Under the pieces are notes generated by a model. That model ran no database searches and was not told where the DNA came from. It saw only the letters and a list, made by a program, of their open reading frames with translations. From Armatimonadota bacterium (GTDB lineage: Bacteria; Armatimonadota; Fimbriimonadia; Fimbriimonadales; GBS-DC): a DNA stretch of 64,000 nt. Where the stretch lies: assembly GCA_037444405.1 (NCBI GenBank), contig JBBIML010000010.1:32001-96000 (forward strand), in the 5' to 3' direction. The position numbers and the translations under genes were made by a program. Of this stretch, positions 38,844 through 48,657 are shown one piece after another (positions within the stretch are counted from its first letter, which is position 1; the number at the start of each line of letters is the position of its first letter).

Positions 38844-39722
38844 CTATCGCTCCCTGAACAAGGTCATCTGGGTATCACGCCGCCAGGCTTGGCTTACCTC
38901 AAGGCTCCAGATGGTGTCCAGCTCTGGGGTGAAACGGTAGTAATGGCGCCACGGAAGCACGGAGTCTGCTTCTCGCCGTGCCTCCAGCCTCTCGCGAATC
39001 AATTGGACATAGGCAGGGTCAATCTCTATCGCAACGCAGTGGCGCCCTAATTGCTCTGCCACAACGGCTGTTGTCCCGGTGCCTGCAAAAGGGTCTAACA
39101 CCCAGTCGCCCGGCTTGGTAGAAGAGAGCAGAATCCGCAACAACAGGGCGACGGGCGACTGCTGCTTATGGAGGCGCCCTCCACAGGAGTCCCGCAGGGC
39201 TTCATCGCCCGCAAAATAGCCTGAGGTCAGCTCGCGAATGTCGCTCCAGCAATCGGTCACGAATACCCCATTTTCACGGGGATACTTGTGATAAGGTTCC
39301 GGGGGCAGGTCTATCCGCAGGCGATGAAAGACACGGGGACGACGCCCTTTCGTCGCGAAGGCAATAATCTGATACTGCTTTCCGAAACGACAGGTCCCTG
39401 GCACTGCAGAGGTTTTCTTGAGCCAGATAATCAGGTTCTGGAGTGTCCATCCTGTCTCGCGCAGAGTGCGTAGCACAAACTCCGCATTCTTCTCACGCTG
39501 CATGAAGTAGAGGGCGCCGCCGTCTTCCGTGCACTCGTACACTTTGCGGCATACCTGTTCTAGCCATTCCCAGTAGAGAGGCTCTGGCTGGTCGTCGTCA
39601 CAGTAAGCGTAGTCTTTGCCCTGATTGAATGGCGGGTCCAGGAAGGTCAGGGCTATTGGGATGCCCTGATCGCGTACTGTGTCCAAGGCCTGTAAGCAGT
39701 CGCCCTGAATCAGTTGAACCAT
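38844..39722 (-). CDS. beta-class N6A/N4C DNA methyltransferase
   Basis: DPPF precedes DPFAGTGTT. Confidence 0.9.
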   Translation of the reverse strand: MVQLIQGDCLQALDTVRDQGIPIALTFLDPPFNQGKDYAYCDDDQPEPLYWEWLEQVCRKVYECTEDGGALYFMQREKNAEFVLRTLRETGWTLQNLIIWLKKTSAVPGTCRFGKQYQIIAFATKGRRPRVFHRLRIDLPPEPYHKYPRENGVFVTDCWSDIRELTSGYFAGDEALRDSCGGRLHKQQSPVALLLRILLSSTKPGDWVLDPFAGTGTTAVVAEQLGRHCVAIEIDPAYVQLIRERLEARREADSVLPWRHYYRFTPELDTIWSLEVSQAWRRDTQMTLFRER

Positions 39723-40114
39723 TGCTGGAGCGCCTCTCCCATACGGCTCAGTAATTGTACCCCCTCGCCTAAGGTCATTGGCATCAATTTAAGCCTTTCT
39801 GGGCTATCATCTTCGCATGATGAAACCGAACCGCTCCCTCGTGGAACAGATGGAAACTTGCCTGCACCAGCGCCCCGGCGCCGAAGTCTTGGCGGTATTT
39901 GGGGCGCGTTTAGAGTGTTGTCGTGTGTGTCGGCGTCGGAGGCGTCCTGCGACCTTTCAGTTGCTGCTTGGAGAAGGAGGCTTAATGGATCAACCCAGCG
40001 ATGGGTGTAAAGGTGGGGCAGCAGTTCGGGGAGGATATAGCGGCGGAACACCGTCTGCGGGGTCAGGTGTTCGCCCAGCGTGCGTCGTCTCCTGCGCTCT
40101 ACAGCTGTTGCCAT
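39710..40114 (-). pseudogene. probable remnant of a second DNA methylase gene
   Basis: N-term 'LGEHLTP..VF...ILPE...WVDP' breaks off where FxGxG is expected. Confidence 0.4.
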
Positions 40115-40177
40115 CGATAGACAGTATACCTGAACCCGTTCCCCTTACACAAACTGCGCACACCGCCTGCAACTTTT

Positions 40178-41038
40178 TCAGCCACTCTCAGGAGCCTGAA
40201 GCTGGCTCCATAACTCCCGCACTGCCTGCTCCATCACTTCTACAGGGGCGGGTTGGGCGGTCCAGCGTTCGAAGGCGAGGGCGCCCTGATGTACCAGCAT
40301 GCCCAGCCCGTCGATGGTGCGCAAGCCCCGCCGTCGGGCGGAATTGAGCAGGCGCGTGTGCAGTGGGCGATAGACCAGATCGCACACCCACGCATCGGCA
40401 GGCAACGCCTCGATCGGCACAGGGGGCATCGTGTCGGCGTCTGGCTCCATCCCCAGCGCGGTGCAGTTCACTATCAGCTGCACAGTGGGCACAATCTTGA
40501 GCAGGGCGTCGCGCTGGAGGGGCAGCACTTCGCTCAGCCCGAACGCCTGTGCCAGCGCGTGGGCGCGTTCCAGCGTGCGGTTGGCAAGCGTGATTCGGCA
40601 GCCGACGCTTTGCAGCGCGTGGACAATCGCCCGCGCCGAGCCACCCGCGCCCAGCACCAGCGCGTGCAAACCTTCTGGCTCGCAACCCGCTGCCCGCAAC
40701 GCCCGCAGGAAGCCCTCCGCATCGGTGTTGTCGCCCACCAGCCGCCCCGAATCCCAGAAGAGGGTATTCACCGCGCCAATCGCCTGCGCAGAAGGCGTGA
40801 GCGCGTCCACCAGCGCGATCGCCGACTCCTTGTGCGGGATGGTGAGGTTCAGCCCGCGCAGCCCCAGCGCTCGCATTCCGCGCAGGGCATCCGCAAGCGA
40901 TTCGGGCGGCACCTCAAACGCCAGATAGACCCAGTTCAGGCGCAGGTGGCGAAACGCCGCGTTGTGCATCGCGGGCGAGAGCGAATGGCGCACAGGGTAG
41001 CCCAGCACGCCCACTACCTGCGTGTCGGCGTCTATCAT
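40178..41038 (-). CDS. aroE: shikimate dehydrogenase
   Basis: HSLSPAMHN, NLTIPHK, GAVNT, NTD, GAGGSA, DGLGMLVHQG. Confidence 0.95.
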   Translation of the reverse strand: MIDADTQVVGVLGYPVRHSLSPAMHNAAFRHLRLNWVYLAFEVPPESLADALRGMRALGLRGLNLTIPHKESAIALVDALTPSAQAIGAVNTLFWDSGRLVGDNTDAEGFLRALRAAGCEPEGLHALVLGAGGSARAIVHALQSVGCRITLANRTLERAHALAQAFGLSEVLPLQRDALLKIVPTVQLIVNCTALGMEPDADTMPPVPIEALPADAWVCDLVYRPLHTRLLNSARRRGLRTIDGLGMLVHQGALAFERWTAQPAPVEVMEQAVRELWSQLQAPESG

Positions 41039-41583
41039 GGCTGCTCCGACTGACGGTACGGCTCGATTCGGCGCAGGATCCATCGTTCCACCATGCGACT
41101 GATTTTCGTGCCGAAGAACTCGCGCGGGTGCATCGGGTGAACCCAGATGGTGTAGATGCCGAGCCGATTGCCGCCCCAAATGTCGGTGAAGAGCTGGTCG
41201 CCGACAATCGCTGCCTGTTCAGGGGGCACACCCAGCTTCTCCAGTGCGCGGCGCAACATCGCCCGACGCGGCTTCATCGGTCCGCGCACATAGGGGATGC
41301 CCAGATAGTCGCTGAGCCACTTCAGGCGTTCCATGTTGCGCGTGTTAGACACGAAACAGAGCGCGATATTGGCTGCCTGCATCTGGCGCACCCACGCCTC
41401 CACTTCGGGGGGCACCTCGCGACTGCGCCACGGGGTCAGCGTGTTGTCCAGATCGAGCAGCAGCGCACGGATGCCCCGCGCCTGCAGCGATTCGGGCGTG
41501 ATCTCCGCTACTGTGCGCACATACTCGTTCGGACACCAGCGCCGCAACCAGCGCGGCGCACGCTCACGCTCATACCGTGCCAT
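41035..41583 (-). CDS. yqeG: YqeG family HAD IIIA phosphatase
   Basis: DLDNTL, VSN, KP, VGDQLFTD. Confidence 0.88.
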   Translation of the reverse strand: MARYERERAPRWLRRWCPNEYVRTVAEITPESLQARGIRALLLDLDNTLTPWRSREVPPEVEAWVRQMQAANIALCFVSNTRNMERLKWLSDYLGIPYVRGPMKPRRAMLRRALEKLGVPPEQAAIVGDQLFTDIWGGNRLGIYTIWVHPMHPREFFGTKISRMVERWILRRIEPYRQSEQP

Positions 41584-42811
41584 CGTCAGACCGACTGCGG
41601 CAAGCCCGTGCCAGAATCTCCACCGGGTGATAGAGGGGTAGCGGATGCCCCGCTTCGCTCAGTCCCTGCGCGATCCAGAGCGTGCAGCCCGGGTTCGCGC
41701 TGATGACCGCTTCCGCGCCCGTCGCCAGAATCGCCGCGACCTTGCGCTGAAGCGCCGCCGACGCCAGCTTCGGCTGTAAAAGATTATAGATGCCCGCTGA
41801 ACCGCAACACATATCGGCGCCCTCCATCTCGATGAGTTCGACGCCCGGCACCTGTCGCAGCAGCTGGCGCGGTTGCTCGCGAATGCCCTGCGCATGCACC
41901 AGATGGCAGGCGTCGTGATAGGTCAGGCGCATCGTCAGCGGCTGGAGCGGGGGCAACTCCAGCTCGGCGAGCAGCTCGTTCAGATCGCGCACGCGCTGGC
42001 TGAACGCATGCGCTACAGGCTCCTCGCGCGTGCCCGCAAACAGCAGGGGATAGTCCTTCATTACCGAGCCGCAGCCCGCCGCGTTGACCGCGATATAATC
42101 CACATCCCGAAACGCCCGGAACAGCTGGCGGGCAAGCCTGCGGGCGTGCTGGGGATAGCCGTTATGCACCCAGAGCGCGCCGCAACAGCCCTGTTGACGC
42201 GGGATCACCACTTCGAACCCGCAGCGGGTCAACACTTCAATCGTCGCCCGATGCACCTGCGGGAACAGCACGCGCATCACGCAACCGAGCAGCAGCCCGA
42301 TACGCCCTTTCGGCGTGCCCTGAGGGGCAATCTGCTCTGGCAAGCGCGAGAGAGACGGCTCCACCTGCTGGGGTAGGCGAACCACCGCCTGCGGCGCACC
42401 GAGCAGGCGAGCGAACCAGCGTGGGGTGCGTTTCAGGCGGAGCCAGCGGGCGGTCTTCAGCATCAGCTGCAACCGCCACGGCGTGGTGAAGCCCCGGATC
42501 GCCTGCTGACGCACCCAGCGCTGAAAGGGGCTTCGCGCATGACGCTCCACCTCGCCCCGCGCCGCCTCAATCAGCCTGCCATAGGGCACACCCGACGGAC
42601 ACGCTGTCTGACAGCCCAGACAGCCCATGCAGGCGTCCAGATGGGGCGCCACCTGCTCCCAGCGCAGCCTGCCATCCACCACCGCCCGTATCAGATAGAT
42701 GCGCCCGCGCGGCGACTCCGCCTCCTGACCCGTCTCCACAAAGGTCGGACACGCCTGCAGGCACAATCCGCAGTGAATGCACTTCTGCAAATCGCGCAAA
42801 TCCAGATGCAC
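41570..42811 (-). CDS. glcF: glycolate oxidase Fe-S subunit (GlcF-like)
   Basis: two CxxCxxCxxxCP, two CCG domains. Confidence 0.85.
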   Translation of the reverse strand: MHLDLRDLQKCIHCGLCLQACPTFVETGQEAESPRGRIYLIRAVVDGRLRWEQVAPHLDACMGCLGCQTACPSGVPYGRLIEAARGEVERHARSPFQRWVRQQAIRGFTTPWRLQLMLKTARWLRLKRTPRWFARLLGAPQAVVRLPQQVEPSLSRLPEQIAPQGTPKGRIGLLLGCVMRVLFPQVHRATIEVLTRCGFEVVIPRQQGCCGALWVHNGYPQHARRLARQLFRAFRDVDYIAVNAAGCGSVMKDYPLLFAGTREEPVAHAFSQRVRDLNELLAELELPPLQPLTMRLTYHDACHLVHAQGIREQPRQLLRQVPGVELIEMEGADMCCGSAGIYNLLQPKLASAALQRKVAAILATGAEAVISANPGCTLWIAQGLSEAGHPLPLYHPVEILARACRSRSDDGTV

Positions 42812-42877
42812 AGCACGATTGTACCCCCTGACCGCAGGGGTTGCATTTCGCAGGAGGCGCATGCCATAATTTTAAGC

Positions 42878-43795
42878 ATGCCTAAATTTCGGGCGGAATG
42901 GGCGGCGCTGGCGACTGCGCTGACGGCGTTCGCTGGTTGCACGGCACGGCGAACTGGCAGCCAGCCGCTGGTGGTCTGCACCACTGGCATGGTGGCGGAC
43001 TTAGCCCGCCATGTGGGTGAGCCTGAGGTGAGCGTTTATGCGCTGATGGGAGCGGGCACCGACCCCCATCTCTACAAGCCGACGGAGGGCGACCTGCAGC
43101 AGCTGGCGAAGGCGACGCTCGTGCTGTATAACGGGCTGCATCTGGAGGGCAAGATGAGCCTGATTTTAGAACGGTTATCGCGCGTGCGCCCAACGGCAGC
43201 GGTCGCCAGCGCGATTCCGCCTGAGCGGTTGCGCTATCCGCCCGAAGCCGAAGGCAAGCCCGACCCGCATGTGTGGCACGATGTCTCGCTCTGGATTTAT
43301 GCGCTTCAATCGGCGACCGACGCGCTCTGTGAGCAGTTCCCACAGTTTGAGTCGCGCTTCCGTGCCCGCAGCGACGCCTATCGCCAGCAACTCATCGCGT
43401 TGCATCGGTGGTGCCGAGCGCAGATTCAGCTCATTCCGCCGCCTCAGCGCGTGCTGATTACCTCGCACGATGCGTTCGGCTACTTCGGTCAGGCATACGG
43501 GCTGGAGGTGCGCAGTCTACAGGGCATCAGCACGCTCTCGGACTATGGGCTGCGCGACCTGCGGGCGCTGATCGAGTTCATCGTGGCGCGGCGCGTGAAA
43601 GCCATCTTTGCCGAATCGAGCATCTCGCCCCGTGCGCTACAGGCGGTGATAGCAGGCTGCCGACAGCGCGGGCACAGCGTGCGACTGGGCGGCACGCTTT
43701 ACTCTGACGCGCTCGGTCCGCCCGATAGCGACGCCGCCACCTACATCGGCATGATACACCACAATGTGCGCACCATTCTCAATGCCCTGAGGTGA
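42878..43795 (+). CDS. Mn/Zn/Fe ABC transporter lipoprotein (TroA/MntA-like)
   Basis: lipobox FAGC; DPH, NGLHLE, DPHVW, HDAF.YF. Confidence 0.92.
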   Translation: MPKFRAEWAALATALTAFAGCTARRTGSQPLVVCTTGMVADLARHVGEPEVSVYALMGAGTDPHLYKPTEGDLQQLAKATLVLYNGLHLEGKMSLILERLSRVRPTAAVASAIPPERLRYPPEAEGKPDPHVWHDVSLWIYALQSATDALCEQFPQFESRFRARSDAYRQQLIALHRWCRAQIQLIPPPQRVLITSHDAFGYFGQAYGLEVRSLQGISTLSDYGLRDLRALIEFIVARRVKAIFAESSISPRALQAVIAGCRQRGHSVRLGGTLYSDALGPPDSDAATYIGMIHHNVRTILNALR

Positions 43796-43800
43796 GAGCC

Positions 43801-44529
43801 ATGCAACTGGAAATCCGTGATCTGACGGTGGTCTATAACGGCAAGCCCGCAATTCATAGCATCACGCTCACCGTGCGTGGAGGCGTGCTGACAGGGGTTG
43901 TGGGACCCAACGGCGCGGGCAAAACCACGCTACTGAAAGCGATACTGGGGCTGGTGCCCAGAGCCGCTGGCGAAGTGTGGCTCAACGGGGTGCGACTGGA
44001 CAAGCCACGCGGCGAGATTGCCTACGTGCCCCAGCGCGGCACTGTGGAGTGGGACTTCCCTGTGAATGTGCTGGATGTGGTGCTGATGGGCACCTACGCC
44101 CGCCTGCCCATCGGACGCCGACCCGGCAAAGCCGAGCGGGACTGGGCAATGGAGTGCCTGCGGCAGGTTGGACTGGAATCGCTCTGGCACCGCCAGATTG
44201 GGGAACTATCGGGCGGGCAACAACAGCGCGTGTTTCTGGCGCGGGCGCTCGCACAGAACGCGCCTGTCTACCTGCTGGATGAGCCGCTCGCGGGCGTGGA
44301 CGCCGTCACCGAGCAGGTGATTATCGAGCAGCTGCATCACCTGCGCGATCAGGGGCGCCTCGTGCTGATGGTGCATCACGATTTGCAAACCGTGCGCGAC
44401 TGCTTCGATGAAGTGGTGCTGCTGAACGAACATCTGATTGCGGCGGGGCGGGTGGACGCCGTGATGACGCGCGAGAACCTTCAGCGCACCTACGGTGGCA
44501 AACTAATGTTCCTGCAGGATATGGACTGA
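43801..44529 (+). CDS. metal ABC transporter ATPase (TroB-like)
   Basis: GPNGAGKT, YVPQ, LSGGQ, LLDEP, HHD. Confidence 0.92.
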   Translation: MQLEIRDLTVVYNGKPAIHSITLTVRGGVLTGVVGPNGAGKTTLLKAILGLVPRAAGEVWLNGVRLDKPRGEIAYVPQRGTVEWDFPVNVLDVVLMGTYARLPIGRRPGKAERDWAMECLRQVGLESLWHRQIGELSGGQQQRVFLARALAQNAPVYLLDEPLAGVDAVTEQVIIEQLHHLRDQGRLVLMVHHDLQTVRDCFDEVVLLNEHLIAAGRVDAVMTRENLQRTYGGKLMFLQDMD

Positions 44530-44536
44530 TGATGGA

Positions 44537-44559
44537 CATGGGCAGGATGCCCATGCTAC
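44537..44559 (-). repeat. GTAG-type REP-like palindrome
   Basis: gtag-catgggcatcctgcccatg on minus strand. Confidence 0.6.
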
Positions 44560-44565
44560 GGGATA

Positions 44566-45378
44566 ATGATGGACATCAATACGCTGTCGGTGCTGATTGG
44601 GTTGACGGTGCTGGGCGCGGCGAGCGGCGTGCTGGGCGCGTTCGCGCTCCTGCGTCACAAGGCATTATTGAGCGATACGCTGGCGCACGCCACGCTGCCA
44701 GGTGTCTGCCTCGCCTACCTGATGGGCGGCAAGCAGATGGGCTGGCTCCTGATGGGCGCGTTCGTTAGCGGTCTGGTCGGCATCGGCGCGGTGTCGGTCA
44801 TCACGCGCCGCTCGCGCCTCAAGGAGGACGCCGCGCTCGCCATCACCCTCTCCGTCTTTTTCGGGTTCGGGATGGTGCTGCTGACGGGCATCCAGCGCTG
44901 GGGCGACGGGCATCAGAGCGGGCTGGATCGATTCCTGTTCGGTCAGGCGGCGGCGCTGCTGCCTCACGAGGCGCTGTACCTCACGCTCGCCTGCCTGCTG
45001 ATCCTGACGGTGGTTGGCATCCTGTTCAAAGAGTTCGCCCTGCTCTGCTTTGATCGCGCCTATGCGCAGGTGCTGGGGCTGCCCATGGCGGCGCTGGACG
45101 CGCTGCTGATGGGGCTGATCGCGCTGATTGTGGTGCTGGGTTTGCAGAGCGCGGGCGCGTTATTGATGGTGGCGCTGATGATCACACCCGCGTCGGCAGC
45201 ACGCCTGTGGACGCACCGACTGAGCGTGATGGTGGGCTTATCGGCTCTGTTCGGGATGCTGACAGCAATCGGCGGCGTGCTGGTGAGCGCGTTCTACGGG
45301 CAACTGCCCACCGGTCCTGTGATGGTGCTGCTCGTTAGTGGGCTGTTTTTTGCATCGCTGGTTCTACGCCGACAATGA
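44566..45378 (+). CDS. metal ABC transporter permease (TroC-like)
   Basis: D.LAHATLPG, KEDAAL, FLFGQAA. Confidence 0.9.
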   Translation: MMDINTLSVLIGLTVLGAASGVLGAFALLRHKALLSDTLAHATLPGVCLAYLMGGKQMGWLLMGAFVSGLVGIGAVSVITRRSRLKEDAALAITLSVFFGFGMVLLTGIQRWGDGHQSGLDRFLFGQAAALLPHEALYLTLACLLILTVVGILFKEFALLCFDRAYAQVLGLPMAALDALLMGLIALIVVLGLQSAGALLMVALMITPASAARLWTHRLSVMVGLSALFGMLTAIGGVLVSAFYGQLPTGPVMVLLVSGLFFASLVLRRQ

Positions 45379-46262
45379 TCGACTGGCAAAGCACGCTGTG
45401 GGTGTTGATGGCGGGCGGGCTGGTGGCGACCAGCTGTGCGCTGGTTGGCTGCTGGCTGCTGCTGCGGCGCATGGCGCTGCTGGGCGACGCGATCAGCCAT
45501 GCGGTGCTGCCGGGCATCGTGCTGGCGTTCTGGCTCACGGGCAGTCGTGCGCCGCTGCCGATGCTGCTGGGCGCGGGCGCGGTCGGGATGGTCAGCACCG
45601 CCCTCATTCAGTGGCTGAGCCAGCGTCGATTCATTAAGCCCGACGCCGCGATGGGCATCACCTTCACCGCACTGTTCGCGCTCGGCGTCCTGCTCATCTC
45701 CCGCTATAGCGGGCAGGTCGATCTCGATCTGGACTGCGTGCTGTATGGCGAAATCGCCTATGTGCCGTGGGATTTGTGGGTGACGGGCGAGCGCGTGCTG
45801 GGACCGCGCGCCGTCTGGACCCTGAGCAGCGTGCTGATGCTGACGCTTCTGCTCAATATCCGGCTTTACAAGGAGCTGCTGGTCAGCACCTTTGACCCTG
45901 TCTATGCGCAGGTGGCAGGAATCCCGACGCGCATGGTGTATCATTTATTAATGGCGGCGGTCGCCCTGGTGGTGGTCGCCAGTTTTGAGGTGGTGGGCGC
46001 GATTCTGGTGCTGGCGTTCCTGGTGGTGCCACCCGCGACAGCCCTGTTGATTTCGCGCCGATTGCCGATGATGATTCTCGCCAGCATCACATTTGGCTGG
46101 CTGGCGGTGTTGCTGGGCTATGTCTCCGCGCACCTGCTAAATGTCTCCATTACGGGTTCGATGGCGACCGTCAGTGGTGGGCTGTTTGGACTGACGCTCC
46201 TGGCAACGGGGCTGCGAGCGCAAACCCATCGTGCTGGAGGTGACATGAGTGGCAAATCGTGA
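45375..46262 (+). CDS. metal ABC transporter permease (TroD-like)
   Basis: GDAISHAVLPG, DLD.VLYGE, TFDP. Confidence 0.9.
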   Translation: MIDWQSTLWVLMAGGLVATSCALVGCWLLLRRMALLGDAISHAVLPGIVLAFWLTGSRAPLPMLLGAGAVGMVSTALIQWLSQRRFIKPDAAMGITFTALFALGVLLISRYSGQVDLDLDCVLYGEIAYVPWDLWVTGERVLGPRAVWTLSSVLMLTLLLNIRLYKELLVSTFDPVYAQVAGIPTRMVYHLLMAAVALVVVASFEVVGAILVLAFLVVPPATALLISRRLPMMILASITFGWLAVLLGYVSAHLLNVSITGSMATVSGGLFGLTLLATGLRAQTHRAGGDMSGKS

Positions 46263-46863
46263 ACGCGGATTGCTGATCGTGCTTTCGGGTCCTGCGGGTG
46301 TGGGCAAGGACACCCTGATCGAGCGGTGGCAGCTGGTCGCGCCCAATCTGCGACGGCTGGTGACCTACACCACGCGCCCGCGCACGCCGGGCGAGCGCCA
46401 CGGGCTGGACTACTACTTCGTCAGCGAGCCGGAGTTCCAGCGCCTAATCGAGGAAGGCGCGTTTCTGGAGTACGCCCAGGTGCATGGACACTGGTACGGC
46501 ACGCCCCTGCGCGAGATGCAGGAGTGGCGCGAGCGCGGCTATGATGTGGTGCTGCGCATCGATGTGCAGGGCGCCATGCAGGTCAAACAGCGATTCCCGG
46601 AGGCGGTGCTGATTTTCGTTCAGCCACCCTCGTTGCAGGAGCTGGAGGCGCGCCTGCGCAAACGCGGGCGCGACGACGAAGCCTCCATCCAGCTCCGACT
46701 CGAAAACGCGCGCAAGGAGATGGAATATATCCCGCAGTACGACTACTGCATCACGAACGACGATCTCAATCGCGCGCTGGAGACGCTGCGCTGTATCCTG
46801 ATTGCGGAGCGCCATCGGGTGCGGGAGCCATCGTTAGAAGAGACCATCGCCCAAAGCGCGTAG
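46249..46863 (+). CDS. gmk: guanylate kinase
   Basis: SGPAGVGK, TTRPR.GE.HG.DY.F, YGT, IDVQGA. Confidence 0.95.
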   Translation: MANRERGLLIVLSGPAGVGKDTLIERWQLVAPNLRRLVTYTTRPRTPGERHGLDYYFVSEPEFQRLIEEGAFLEYAQVHGHWYGTPLREMQEWRERGYDVVLRIDVQGAMQVKQRFPEAVLIFVQPPSLQELEARLRKRGRDDEASIQLRLENARKEMEYIPQYDYCITNDDLNRALETLRCILIAERHRVREPSLEETIAQSA

Positions 46864-46872
46864 AGGGTTTGT

Positions 46873-47550
46873 ATGCAACAGCCGAATCGACGCACGGGAC
46901 GGACGCTCTCGGCACGCAGTCCGTCGTCGCGTCAGGCGACGGGCTATGTGACGCATCGGCTGGGGCGATTGGTTCTGGTGGTGCGTCCGACGCTCATCTA
47001 TCAGCGTCCGGACCCGCGCGCACCCATCTACTGGCGGGTGCCCGCCCGCTACTATCTGATGATGCAGGCGCAGCGGGGCAACTGGTGTGGCGTGCTGATG
47101 CAAAACGGTGCGCTCGGCTGGCTGCCCCGCAGTGCGGTAAAGATTACACCCTACGAGGTGGTCTACAACCTGCCGCGCGGGGTTGATCCCAGCTATGTGA
47201 CGCGCCTGGCGATGCAGTATCTGGGCGCGCGCTACCGCTGGGGCGGCAACGACCCGCGCACCGGCATCGACTGCTCCGGCTTCGTGAAGCTGGTCTATGA
47301 ACAGCTGGGCATCCGCCTGCCCCGCCGCGCCCGCGAACAGGCGCTCAAAGGTATCCCCATCACCCGAATCGAAGATTTGCAACCGGGCGACCGCCTCTAC
47401 TTCGCGGTGAAGGGGAAGGGGATCGACCACACGGGCATCTACATCGGCGAGGGCTACTTCATTCACAGCGCACGCTCGCGCGGCGGCGTGGCGATCGACC
47501 ATCTGAGCCATCCGACCTATCGGCGGAGCCTGGTGGCAGCCCGCCGCTGA
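46873..47550 (+). CDS. SH3b-like + NlpC/P60 cell-wall peptidase
   Basis: Y.WGG...G.DCSGF, HTGIY.G...FIH. Confidence 0.9.
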   Translation: MQQPNRRTGRTLSARSPSSRQATGYVTHRLGRLVLVVRPTLIYQRPDPRAPIYWRVPARYYLMMQAQRGNWCGVLMQNGALGWLPRSAVKITPYEVVYNLPRGVDPSYVTRLAMQYLGARYRWGGNDPRTGIDCSGFVKLVYEQLGIRLPRRAREQALKGIPITRIEDLQPGDRLYFAVKGKGIDHTGIYIGEGYFIHSARSRGGVAIDHLSHPTYRRSLVAARR

Positions 47551-47551
47551 A

Positions 47552-48310
47552 TCACGAGGCGACTGCCTCGTTGTAAAAGGTTCCGTTCACTATCGCCAGC
47601 ACGCCCTGCTCAAGAGTCATCTGCAGAGCATCCTCCCGAATCTCCTCTCCACCGACCGCCGGTACAGCATTATAGCCCAGCTGACGCAGAATCTCGGCAC
47701 ACCGAACGGCACGCTCCACATCACTTTGGTCGACTGTCCAGGAAGCTTCCAGCACCACCATTTTAGGAACGCCCGATTCGCGTCCCGTTCCCTCCACGAT
47801 GAGATCAGCCAGACCGATCTCATTCATCTTATTCCTGTCTCCGGGAAAGCGTTCGGCTATCTGATCAAACAGGCGGTTCGTATCCGTCAGGCGAACCGAC
47901 CTCAGGAGTCGTCCGAATATCGACGCGGCGCGGGAGCGATAGAAGTTCTCGCGATCGCTGCCCTTCAGGCGGGCAAGGTCGTTGATCACCATTTGCATCT
48001 GCCCATCAAGTCGATTCACATCCTGCCGCAGGACGCGCACCTCCTCGGTGATCCTGTCACGGAACTCATACATCTCCTGCTTGAACTCGCGCATCTCCTG
48101 CACGAAGTCATCGAAGCGTTGCTCAAGGGTATCCACGCGCGCGGTGATACTGTTCTGGAACTCGCGCGACTCTTGCACAAAGGCGTCAAAGCGCGCTGGA
48201 AGGCGGAGCAGCTCCTCGGTGAGGATGAGCCGCCGTACCTCCTCCAGCCACTCCGGGTGTTCACGAAGCACCCGCACGATGTCCTCAAAGGTGCGAATCT
48301 CTATCGCCAC
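47552..48310 (-). CDS. coiled-coil heptad protein with nuclease-like C-terminal domain
   Basis: EHPEWLEEVRRLILTEELL.LP; heptads; ADLIVEG...VLEAS. Confidence 0.6.
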   Translation of the reverse strand: MAIEIRTFEDIVRVLREHPEWLEEVRRLILTEELLRLPARFDAFVQESREFQNSITARVDTLEQRFDDFVQEMREFKQEMYEFRDRITEEVRVLRQDVNRLDGQMQMVINDLARLKGSDRENFYRSRAASIFGRLLRSVRLTDTNRLFDQIAERFPGDRNKMNEIGLADLIVEGTGRESGVPKMVVLEASWTVDQSDVERAVRCAEILRQLGYNAVPAVGGEEIREDALQMTLEQGVLAIVNGTFYNEAVAS

Positions 48311-48331
48311 TCCTGCTCTGATTATACCATG

Positions 48332-48646
48332 CTATCGATTCATCTGCTCCAGAAGGGTTTGGGCAATCTGTTCCCATTCGGTTTCGAGGTCGCCGTCGGC
48401 GGGTGGGCGGCTGGCGCGGTTGTACCAGTAGCGGGCATTCGCAAGGTCGCCCTCCTTGCGGTGGAGATAGGCATGCACCCACGCACTTTCGCGGGTCGGG
48501 TCGTTCTGCACCAGCTCGTGCGCGCGGTTCCAGTCGCCACGCGCCTCGTACCAGAGCGCCAGCAGTGGCACAGGCAGGTCGGGCGGGGTTGCCTGTTGCA
48601 CGCTTGCCTTAAATGCCTGCAGAGTCAGCTGTTCCATCGACGCCAT
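48332..48646 (-). CDS. conserved hypothetical protein (start may be 48637)
   Basis: GDW..AH..VQ...AWVHAYLHRKEGD..NA.YWY. Confidence 0.75.
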   Translation of the reverse strand: MASMEQLTLQAFKASVQQATPPDLPVPLLALWYEARGDWNRAHELVQNDPTRESAWVHAYLHRKEGDLANARYWYNRASRPPADGDLETEWEQIAQTLLEQMNR

Positions 48647-48657
48647 GATACCCGCGC

